64,000 bases of DNA, taken from Nitriliruptorales bacterium. GTDB lineage: Bacteria > Actinomycetota > Nitriliruptoria > Nitriliruptorales > Nitriliruptoraceae. The notes below the pieces were generated by a model. It saw only the letters and a program-made list of their open reading frames with translations. It did no database searches and had not been told where the DNA came from. Both the position numbers and the translations under genes were made by a program. Location: positions 1,208 through 65,207 of the forward strand of contig JAGXFT010000018.1 in NCBI GenBank assembly GCA_024637135.1, in the 5' to 3' direction. Of the stretch, positions 29,498 to 37,622 are shown piece after piece; position 1 is the stretch's first letter; each line of letters starts with the position of its first letter.

Positions 29498-31921
29498 ATG
29501 CCCGCCTCCCCGCCCCGACTCGCGCTGCCGATCGACGACGTGCTCGACGAGGTCGCGGCCAGCGGCCCCACCGTGATCGTCGAGGCACCACCGGGAGCCG
29601 GCAAGACCACCCGCGTCCCACCACGTCTGCTGGACGTCGTCGCTGGCCGGATCGTGGTGCTCGAGCCACGCCGGGTGGCGGCCCGGGCCGCGGCCCGTCG
29701 CATGGCCGAGGAAGCCGGCACGGCGGTCGGTGGACTTGTGGGGGTGACCACCCGGGACGACCGTTCGACCTCACGCGACACCCGTATCGAGGTCGTCACC
29801 GAGGGCGTCCTGGTCAACCGCCTGCAACGCGACCCGGACCTGCGCGGGGTCGGGGCGGTGGTGCTCGACGAGTTCCACGAACGATCGTTGGACGCCGACC
29901 TCGCCCTGGCCTTCACCCGCGAGGTGCAGGCGCTGCGTGACGACCTGTGGGTGGTCGTGATGTCCGCGACCCTCGACCAGGCCCGACTGCGCGCCGCCCT
30001 GCCTGACGCCACGGTCGTGTCGGCACCCGGCCGACGCTTCCCGGTCGGCACCACCCACCTCCCCCGTGACACCACCGCCGACCTGTCCGTCGCGGTCGCC
30101 GACGCCGTGGCCCGGGCGCTGGCGGCGACCGCTGGCAACGTCCTGGTCTTCGTCCCCGGCATGCGCGAGATCCGACGCGCCGTCGCCGCCATCGCCGGCG
30201 ACCGGCACACCGAGGTCATGGGCCTGCACGGCTCGATGTCGCGGCGCGAACAGGACGCCGCGCTGGCCCCGACCCGGCCGGGCACGCGCCGCGTCATCGT
30301 CGCCACCGACGTCGCCGAGTCGTCACTGACGGTTCCCGACGTGACCGCCGTGGTCGACTCCGGCCTGGTCCGCCGGCCCCAACTCCATCCCGCGACCGGG
30401 TTGACCCGGCTGGTGACCGCGTCGACCTCGCGCGCATCCGAGGCACAGCGTGCCGGCCGCGCCGGGCGGGTCCTGGCCGGGCACTGCTGGCGGCTGTACC
30501 CGGCCGCCGCGCCCCGGACGGACCATCCGACACCCGCCATGGCCACCACCGACCTGGCCGGCATGGCCCTGCAGGTGGCCAACTGGGGTGCCGACGTCGA
30601 CGAGCTTGTGTTGCTCGACCCGCCGTCCCCCGCATCCTGGGCGTCGGCCCAGCAGACCCTGCGGGACCTGGGGGCCGTGGGCGACGACGACCGCATCACC
30701 GACCATGGCCGGCGCCTGGTGCGGATCCCCGCCGACCCCCGGTTGGCCCACGTGCTGGTGCTGGCCGCACGCCACGGGCTGCTCGAGCCGGTCAGCCTCG
30801 CGATCGCGATCCTGTCCGAGGGCGATCCCGGCGACCGCGGCACCGCCGACCTCGACACCCGTCTCGACCTGCTGGCCCGCCACGACCGTCGCCACCGCCG
30901 CTGGCACCGCGAGGCCACCCGCCTGCGTCGTGCCGTGCGCGGCGTCGACCCGGACCCGGGCGCGCCGGTGGTGACCATCGGCGGCCTCCTGGCGGCGGGG
31001 TTCCCACGTCGCGTCGGCCACCGCCGCCGTCGCGGGCAGTTCACGCTCGCCAGCGGTCGAGGGGCGTTCGTCCGTGACCATGACCCGTTGGCCGACGCCG
31101 ATTTCGTGGTGGCGCTGGACGTCGACGACCGTGGCACGGACGGTCGGGTCCGGATCGGTGCACCGGTCCCCCGCGAGGACCTGGACGTGCTGCTCGGCGA
31201 CCGGATGACGCAGGACACGACCGCGGCGTGGGATCCCGACCGGGACGACGTCGTGGCCACGACGACCGTGTCCCTGGGCGCGGTGGTCCTCGAACGCACG
31301 CCAGCCCGCGTGGGCCGCCACGAACGCCACCTCGCCCTCCTCGACGGGGTCCGACACCGCGGGATGGGCCTGCTGCCGTGGACGGCGGAACTGCGACAAC
31401 GGTGTCGACGGGCGGTCCACGTGGCGGCGACCACCACGACCGCACTGCCGGCGATGGACGACGACGCCCTGCTGGCGGAACTGGCGGACTGGTTGCTGCC
31501 CTTCCTGGGATCGGCCCGGACCCGCGGTGACCTCGCCCGAGTCCCGCTGCGTGCCGCGGTGGACCACCGGCTCGGTCGCGACGGCTTGGCCGCGCTGGAC
31601 CGCCTCGCGCCGACGCACGTCACCGTGCCGTCGGGCCGGGCCGTGGCCGTGGACTACGACGACGAGCGTGGTCCGGCCATCCACGTCAAGCTGCAGGAGA
31701 TGTTCGGCACGACCCGCACCCCGGTGGTGGCGGGCCGACCAGTGGTCGTGGTGATGGAGTCCCCCGCCGGCCGCCCCCTGCAGATCACCAGCGACCTCGC
31801 GACCTTCTGGGCCGATGGCTACGCCGGTGTCCGTGCCGACATGCGCGGCCGCTACCCCCGACACCCCTGGCCCGACGACCCCGTGACCGCCACCCCCACC
31901 CGCCGCACCAAGCCACGCTGA
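29498..31921 (+). CDS. hrpB: ATP-dependent RNA helicase HrpB
   Basis: APPGAGKTT, DEFHER, MSAT, QRAGRAGR, KLQEMFG, SPAGRPLQITSDL..FW, GRYPRHPWP. Confidence 0.93.
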   Translation: MPASPPRLALPIDDVLDEVAASGPTVIVEAPPGAGKTTRVPPRLLDVVAGRIVVLEPRRVAARAAARRMAEEAGTAVGGLVGVTTRDDRSTSRDTRIEVVTEGVLVNRLQRDPDLRGVGAVVLDEFHERSLDADLALAFTREVQALRDDLWVVVMSATLDQARLRAALPDATVVSAPGRRFPVGTTHLPRDTTADLSVAVADAVARALAATAGNVLVFVPGMREIRRAVAAIAGDRHTEVMGLHGSMSRREQDAALAPTRPGTRRVIVATDVAESSLTVPDVTAVVDSGLVRRPQLHPATGLTRLVTASTSRASEAQRAGRAGRVLAGHCWRLYPAAAPRTDHPTPAMATTDLAGMALQVANWGADVDELVLLDPPSPASWASAQQTLRDLGAVGDDDRITDHGRRLVRIPADPRLAHVLVLAARHGLLEPVSLAIAILSEGDPGDRGTADLDTRLDLLARHDRRHRRWHREATRLRRAVRGVDPDPGAPVVTIGGLLAAGFPRRVGHRRRRGQFTLASGRGAFVRDHDPLADADFVVALDVDDRGTDGRVRIGAPVPREDLDVLLGDRMTQDTTAAWDPDRDDVVATTTVSLGAVVLERTPARVGRHERHLALLDGVRHRGMGLLPWTAELRQRCRRAVHVAATTTTALPAMDDDALLAELADWLLPFLGSARTRGDLARVPLRAAVDHRLGRDGLAALDRLAPTHVTVPSGRAVAVDYDDERGPAIHVKLQEMFGTTRTPVVAGRPVVVVMESPAGRPLQITSDLATFWADGYAGVRADMRGRYPRHPWPDDPVTATPTRRTKPR

Positions 31922-31976
31922 CCGAGCACCCGACGTTGCAATCGCAGAACGCCACCTCCGAAACCAACCCCAACCA

Positions 31977-32086
31977 GCTGGACGTTGCGAGCCGCCAGGC
32001 GAGCAACTCCAACGCGCCCGAGCGCAGCGAGGGCGCGCGACGACACCTCCGCGCGCCCGAGCGCAGCGAGGGCGCGCGACGACACC
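31977..32086 (+). repeat. Dispersed GA-hairpin repeat, copy B, plus two tandem 35-bp hairpin units (32013-32047, 32052-32086)
   Basis: TGGACGTTGCGAGC..GCGAGCAACTCCAAC then CGCGCCCGAGCGCAGCGAGGGCGCGCGACGACACC x2. Confidence 0.85.
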
Positions 32087-32129
32087 GGTTCGTTGGCACG
32101 GACGGGGTGCGTCGGGCACCCTCGCCACC

Positions 32130-32546
32130 ATGATCCCACTGCTCGCCGCCATCGGGCTCGGCGTCGTGGCCCTGCTGCCACGACTCCGTGCCGCCCGCGC
32201 CACCGCCCTGCCCGACCAGGCATGGGACCATTTCCTGGTCGCGTCCGGCATGCGGCCGGTCCCGGTGACGATGGCCGACGTCCAGAAGGTCGCCACCCTC
32301 GCCGACGTTCCGCCGTCACTGCTGGAACGCGCCGCCCTCGGTCGGGTCGACGGCACGCTTGCGCTGGTGGCCCCGTTGGTCAACGGTCGGGTGCTGCTGG
32401 CGGTCCGACGCAACGGACCGGCCCCGACCTCGCCGGGCCTGACCGTCCGCGACGGGTGGGTCATGGAGGTCCGACCTGGACCGGTCGAACGGGCCTGGGG
32501 CGACTCGTCGGTGCGGGCCGCGGCGACCGGGAGCGGCCGGCGCTGA
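32130..32546 (+). CDS. Hypothetical protein with N-terminal membrane anchor
   Basis: Hydrophobic N-terminus, coding-like composition, fills gap. Confidence 0.55.
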   Translation: MIPLLAAIGLGVVALLPRLRAARATALPDQAWDHFLVASGMRPVPVTMADVQKVATLADVPPSLLERAALGRVDGTLALVAPLVNGRVLLAVRRNGPAPTSPGLTVRDGWVMEVRPGPVERAWGDSSVRAAATGSGRR

Positions 32547-32582
32547 CCCGGGATGCCCATCCGGGTGCGTGGCGGGCGCGGG

Positions 32583-33761
32583 TCAGATCATGCCGTCGAT
32601 CAGGCCCGACGCGGCCGACTGGGCCCGCTCCAGCAGGCTGCGCTGCTCCCACCAGTGCTCGTCGACCTCGATGCAGTGGACGCGGTCGGACTCGAAGTCC
32701 TGGTCGAGGACGGCCACCAGGTCGGGGTCCAGTGCGATGAGGTCGATCTCCTCGTCGTGCTGGATCGAGCGGTCGTTGTAATTGGAGGACCCCACGTCGG
32801 CGATCAGCCCGTCCACCGTCAGGACCTTGGCGTGGAGCATGGTGCGCTCGTAGGACCACAGGGTGACGCCGGCCTCCAGCAGCTCCGGGTACGCCCGTTC
32901 CCCGTTGGCCTGTGGCAGTCGCTTGTCGATGTGGGTGCCGGGGAACATCACCTGCACGTCCACGCCGCGCTCCGCGGCGTCGGACAACCAGCCGGCCATC
33001 TCCTCGTTGGGCGAGAAGTAGGCCGTGGTCAGGCGGACGCGCTCGGTGGCCACCTCCAGCAGCACGCGCTTGAGCAACGCCACCGCCGACTCGCCCACCT
33101 CGGACTCGCCCAGCACCACCATCGCGCTCGCCGGTCCGTCACTGGGATGGGGCGGGAACAGGTCGTGGTGGGAACTCAGGGGTCGGCCGCTGGTCGCCCA
33201 GTCGTCGATGAACCCGGCCCGGATGGCCGCCACGGACGGCCCCGTGACCTGGAAGTGGCTGTCGCGCCACTCGTCCGGCGTGCGGGCGTCGCCGTCCCAT
33301 TCCTCGGCGATCCCGACCCCGCCCGTGAACGCCAGCGTCTCGTCGACCACGCAGATCTTGCGGTGCGTGCGCTTGCCGATCCCGGTCACGTCGGCGGTCT
33401 CGCCGACCGGTGGTCGGAACCAGTGCACGAGCACCCCGGCCTCCTCCAACGAGGTCACCAGGTCGCGGTTGATCCGTGCGGCCCCGAACACGTCGAGGAT
33501 GACGCGGACCCGGACACCGGCGCGGGCCCGTTCCTCCAACGTCTCCCCGATGACCCGTGCGGGCACACCGGTCCAGTAGACGAACGTCAGCAGGTCGATG
33601 GACCGGGTGGCCGCCTGCATCGCGCGCACCATCGCGGGGAAGATCTGGTCGCCGTTGCGCAACCGGGTGATGGTGTTGCCCGGGAGCATCGTCTGGCCGA
33701 GCATGGTCTCGAGGCGTCGGACCAGGGTGTCCCGATCGTGCGCAGAGTGGTGCCCCGACAT
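32583..33761 (-). CDS. Cardiolipin synthase (ClsB-like phospholipase D)
   Basis: Two HKD motifs, HRKICVVD and HAKVLTVD; GSSN. Confidence 0.9.
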   Translation of the reverse strand: MSGHHSAHDRDTLVRRLETMLGQTMLPGNTITRLRNGDQIFPAMVRAMQAATRSIDLLTFVYWTGVPARVIGETLEERARAGVRVRVILDVFGAARINRDLVTSLEEAGVLVHWFRPPVGETADVTGIGKRTHRKICVVDETLAFTGGVGIAEEWDGDARTPDEWRDSHFQVTGPSVAAIRAGFIDDWATSGRPLSSHHDLFPPHPSDGPASAMVVLGESEVGESAVALLKRVLLEVATERVRLTTAYFSPNEEMAGWLSDAAERGVDVQVMFPGTHIDKRLPQANGERAYPELLEAGVTLWSYERTMLHAKVLTVDGLIADVGSSNYNDRSIQHDEEIDLIALDPDLVAVLDQDFESDRVHCIEVDEHWWEQRSLLERAQSAASGLIDGMI

Positions 33762-33882
33762 GCGTGTTCCTCCCCGGGACGTGGCGCGTCACCCGTCCGA
33801 CTGACTGGTCGCGACCGTAGCGCGCCCCCGCTCCTACGATGGCGTCCGACGAGCACCCCACTCCCCCGCAGACAGGCCCACG

Positions 33883-34983
33883 GTGAGCGACGCGATGATC
33901 CGGTTGGTGGGCGTGACCAAGCGGTACCCGGGCGCCGCGTCACCGGCCGTCGACGCGCTCGACCTGACCTTCGACACGGGCGAGATCGTGACCCTGGTCG
34001 GACCCTCGGGCTGTGGCAAGACCACCACGCTCAAGATGATCAACCGGATCATCGAACCGACCGCCGGGACCATCACGGTCGACGGCACCGACATCACCTC
34101 GCGGCCGGCCCACGAACTGCGACGGGGCATCGGCTACGTGATCCAGCAGATCGGCCTGCTCCCCCACAAGACCGTCGAGGCCAACGTCGTCACGGTGCCG
34201 CGCCTGTTGGGCTGGGACGACGACCGGATGGCCGACCGGGCCCGCGAGTTGATGGACCTGATGGACCTCGACCAGTCGATGCTGTCGCGCTACCCGTCGG
34301 AACTGTCGGGCGGCCAGCGCCAGCGCGTCGGGGTCGCGCGGGCCCTGGCCGCGGACCCGCCGGTGCTGCTGATGGACGAACCGTTCGGCGCCGTCGACCC
34401 GATCGTGCGCCGTCGGCTGCAGGACCAACTGTTGTCGCTGCAGGAGGAACTGCGCAAGACGATCGTGTTCGTGACCCATGACATCGACGAGGCGATCCTG
34501 CTGGGCGACCGGGTCGCGGTGCTGAAGGTGGGCGGGACCCTGGCCCAGTACGCGACCCCGACCGAGTTGCTGTCCCACCCCGCCGACGACTTCGTGGTGG
34601 ACTTCCTCGGCGAGGAGCGGGCGCTGCGACGCCTGTCGCTGTTGGCGGTGGACGACCTCGACCTGCAGGACGGTCCGGTGGTCGACGCCGGTGCCGACGT
34701 CGGCACCGCGCGGGCCGCGGCCGACAAGTACGACGCCAACTGGGTCGGGGTGACCGACGACGGCCGCCTGCGCGGGTGGCTGTGGACCTCGACACTGGGC
34801 GAGGGCACCGCCGGTGACCACGACACCCAGGACTTCCGGGTCTGGATCCGCCCCGACGACTCGCTCCGGACCGCGCTGGACGCGATCGTGTCGTCGCGCA
34901 ACAACGTCGCGGTGGTGTCCGACGGCGACACCTACCACGGCATGCTGTTCGTCGAAGAGGTCACCGCGGAGCTGCTGGCATGA
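33883..34983 (+). CDS. Osmoprotectant ABC importer ATPase (OpuCA/OsmV-like, CBS domains)
   Basis: GPSGCGKTT, LRRGIGYVIQQ, LSGGQRQR, MDEPFGAVDP, FVTHD. Confidence 0.9.
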   Translation: MSDAMIRLVGVTKRYPGAASPAVDALDLTFDTGEIVTLVGPSGCGKTTTLKMINRIIEPTAGTITVDGTDITSRPAHELRRGIGYVIQQIGLLPHKTVEANVVTVPRLLGWDDDRMADRARELMDLMDLDQSMLSRYPSELSGGQRQRVGVARALAADPPVLLMDEPFGAVDPIVRRRLQDQLLSLQEELRKTIVFVTHDIDEAILLGDRVAVLKVGGTLAQYATPTELLSHPADDFVVDFLGEERALRRLSLLAVDDLDLQDGPVVDAGADVGTARAAADKYDANWVGVTDDGRLRGWLWTSTLGEGTAGDHDTQDFRVWIRPDDSLRTALDAIVSSRNNVAVVSDGDTYHGMLFVEEVTAELLA

Positions 34984-35666
34984 CGATGACGGTGGTGGAC
35001 GTGCTGGCCCAGGGCACGCCACTGGTCGACTGGGCCTGGATCCGCAACAACACCGACCTGATCTGGGAGCGCACGGTCGAACACGTCGTCCTCACGGTCG
35101 TGTCGGTGGGCGCCGGCATCGTGGTCTCGGTCCTGCTCGCGCTGCTGGCCCTGCGCTGGCGCCGCCTGGAGGGGCCGATCCTGGCCCTGGGGGGGATCCT
35201 CTACTCCGTGCCCTCACTGGCGGCGTTCGCGCTGCTGGTGCCCTTCTTCGGGCTGACCACGACGACCGCCGTGGTCGCGCTGACCACCTACACCGTGCTG
35301 ATCCTGGTCCGCAACATCCTGATCGGGCTGGACGGTGTCTCCCCCGACATCGTCGAGGCCGCCCGCGGACAGGGCCTGACCGAGCGCCAACTCCTGTGGC
35401 AGGTCAAGGCACCGCTGGCGCTGCCGGTGGTCATGGCCGGGGTCCGCGTGGCCACCGTGACCGTGATCGGACTGGTGACGGTGACGTCGCTGATCGGGTT
35501 GGGCGGGCTCGGCTTCCTGATCCTGCGCGGGATCCAGTTGCTGCCGGTGCTGTCGGTGATGGTGGTCGTCGGGACGGTCCTGTCCGTCGTGCTGGCCGTG
35601 GCCTTCGACCTGGCGTTGGTCGGCATCCAACGCCTGGCCACCCCCTGGACCAGGAGGGCCGCCTAG
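34980..35666 (+). CDS. Osmoprotectant ABC permease
   Basis: YSVPSLA, EAARGQG (EAA loop), GLGGLG. Confidence 0.9.
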   Translation: MTMTVVDVLAQGTPLVDWAWIRNNTDLIWERTVEHVVLTVVSVGAGIVVSVLLALLALRWRRLEGPILALGGILYSVPSLAAFALLVPFFGLTTTTAVVALTTYTVLILVRNILIGLDGVSPDIVEAARGQGLTERQLLWQVKAPLALPVVMAGVRVATVTVIGLVTVTSLIGLGGLGFLILRGIQLLPVLSVMVVVGTVLSVVLAVAFDLALVGIQRLATPWTRRAA

Positions 35667-36434
35667 ATGCTGGAACTCCTCGACCTCGTCCGCGACTTCC
35701 TGACCCAACCGGACCGCTGGAGCCTGACCGACGGATCGGGGATCCCGTTCCGTCTGGTCGAGCACCTGCAGGCCACGGTGGTGGCGACGGGCCTGGCAAC
35801 CGCCATCACCCTGCCGCCGGCCATGTGGCTGTCGCACCACAAGCGCGGTGAGGCGATCGCCGGGGCCCTGGTCAACATCGGGCGGGCCATCCCGTCGTTC
35901 GGCCTGATCATCATCTTCTTCCTGGTCCTGCGGGTGCGCTACGGCATGGGCGGCTTCTGGCCACTCATCCTCGCACTGGTGTTCCTGGCCGTTCCCCCGA
36001 TCTTCACCAACGCCTACACCGGCATCGCCGGGGTCGACCCCCACCTGGTCGAGGCCGCGCGCGGCCAGGGCATGAGCGAGTTCCAGGTCTTCCGACAGGT
36101 CGAACTGCCGCTCGGGGTGACGGTCGTGCTGACCGGGATCCGGGTCGCGCTGGTGCAGGTGCTGGCCACCGTCGGGATCGACGCCATCGTCACCAGCGGC
36201 GGCGGGTTGGGTCGCTACGTGGTCGACGGGTTCGCGGTGGGCGTGAACGGCTATGGCGCCGTGTTCACCGGCGCCGTGCTGCTGGCCGGGCTCGTGCTGT
36301 TCACCGAGTGGCTGTTCGGCTGGCTGCAGGACCGGCTGCTGCCGACGGGCCTCCGACGACGCGAACACCCCGACAGCGGCCTCGACGATCGACGAGACAT
36401 GCCTCCCCCGGGGACTGCCGTCGTCGGCGGCTGA
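35667..36434 (+). CDS. Osmoprotectant ABC permease
   Basis: GRAIPSF, PPIFTNAY, EAARGQGMS, VELPL. Confidence 0.9.
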   Translation: MLELLDLVRDFLTQPDRWSLTDGSGIPFRLVEHLQATVVATGLATAITLPPAMWLSHHKRGEAIAGALVNIGRAIPSFGLIIIFFLVLRVRYGMGGFWPLILALVFLAVPPIFTNAYTGIAGVDPHLVEAARGQGMSEFQVFRQVELPLGVTVVLTGIRVALVQVLATVGIDAIVTSGGGLGRYVVDGFAVGVNGYGAVFTGAVLLAGLVLFTEWLFGWLQDRLLPTGLRRREHPDSGLDDRRDMPPPGTAVVGG

Positions 36435-36561
36435 CCCACGTCCTGTTCGCGCGTTGGCCGCACGGTCGGGGTGAGCCGCATGGGAGACGGGGAACGATTG
36501 CGGTCGTAGGTTCGTTCCGATGCGTGATCACACGACCCACCCAACCCAAGGACGTCGTCCA

Positions 36562-37554
36562 ATGCGATCATCACGACTGCTCGTGGGCCTCGCCGCCCTC
36601 GGCCTGACCCTCAGCGCGTGCGGCGGCGTCAACGACGCCGGCACCGACGGGTCCGAATCCGCCGCCCCGGCCGACTCCACGCCAAGTGCGGCCCCGACCG
36701 CCACGTCGTCCGAATCGACGATGGCCAGTGAGACCGGAGGTGGTGACGGGGGTCCCGTGACCGTCGCGGGCTTCAACTTCCCCGAGTCCTCGATCCTGGG
36801 TGAGATCTACGCCCAGGCGCTGGAAGGCGCCGGCCTGGAGGTCGAACGCCAACTCGACTCCGGGACGCGCGAGATCCTGCTCCCCGAGATGCAGGACGGC
36901 AACGTCGACATCATCCCCGAGTACGTCGGATCGCTGTTGTCGACCGGCTACGGCGAGACCCCCGAGACCGACCCGCAGGCCGCGCTCGACCAGGCCGCCG
37001 GCGTCATCGAGGGTGACGGCCTGGCCTTGCTGGAGCCGGCCGAGGCGCAGGACAAGAACGTGTTCGTCGTCACCTCCGACTATGCCCAGGAGAATGACGT
37101 GACCGCGCTGGGCGACCTCGCCGACGTCGGTGACGTCACCCTTGCCGGTGGCCCCGAGTGCGAGGATCGCGAGACCTGCTTCGCCGGCTTGGCCAGTGTC
37201 TACGGGCTCGACAACGTGTCCTTCACCACGATCCAGGAGAAGGCCCCACGGCTGGCCGCCCTCAACGGCGATGACGTCCAGATGATCCTGCTGTTCTCCA
37301 CCGACCCGGTGTTCGAGGACGGTTCGCTGATCATCCTCGAGGACCCGGACAACCTCAGCCCGCCGGAGAACGTCATCCCCCTGGTCCGCCAGGAGGCGCT
37401 CGACGCCAACCCGGTGATCGCCGAGACCCTGAACGCGGTGTCCGCGGTGCTGACCACCGAGGGGCTGACCAGCCTCAACGCGGCCGCCGCCCAGGGTGAG
37501 CAGCCCGGCGACATCGCCGCCGGCTGGCTGGAGGAGAACGGCCTCACCGGCTGA
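36562..37554 (+). CDS. Glycine betaine/osmoprotectant-binding lipoprotein
   Basis: LSAC lipobox, FPESSILGEIYAQAL, IIPEYVG, PPENVIP. Confidence 0.88.
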   Translation: MRSSRLLVGLAALGLTLSACGGVNDAGTDGSESAAPADSTPSAAPTATSSESTMASETGGGDGGPVTVAGFNFPESSILGEIYAQALEGAGLEVERQLDSGTREILLPEMQDGNVDIIPEYVGSLLSTGYGETPETDPQAALDQAAGVIEGDGLALLEPAEAQDKNVFVVTSDYAQENDVTALGDLADVGDVTLAGGPECEDRETCFAGLASVYGLDNVSFTTIQEKAPRLAALNGDDVQMILLFSTDPVFEDGSLIILEDPDNLSPPENVIPLVRQEALDANPVIAETLNAVSAVLTTEGLTSLNAAAAQGEQPGDIAAGWLEENGLTG

Positions 37555-37575
37555 TCGCCACCACCAACCGAACAG

Positions 37576-37604
37576 CGACGGCCCGCCAATCCGGCGGGCC
37601 GTCG
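37576..37604. terminator. Probable bidirectional terminator
   Basis: 12-bp stem CGACGGCCCGCC/GGCGGGCCGTCG between convergent genes. Confidence 0.7.
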
Positions 37605-37622
37605 TCGTGTGTGTCGTGCCCC

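Noticed and set aside
31977-32086. CRISPR-like repeats (also at 60132-60257 and 45074-45115)
   Set aside because: Only two units each, spacers of 0-8 bp, no cas genes.
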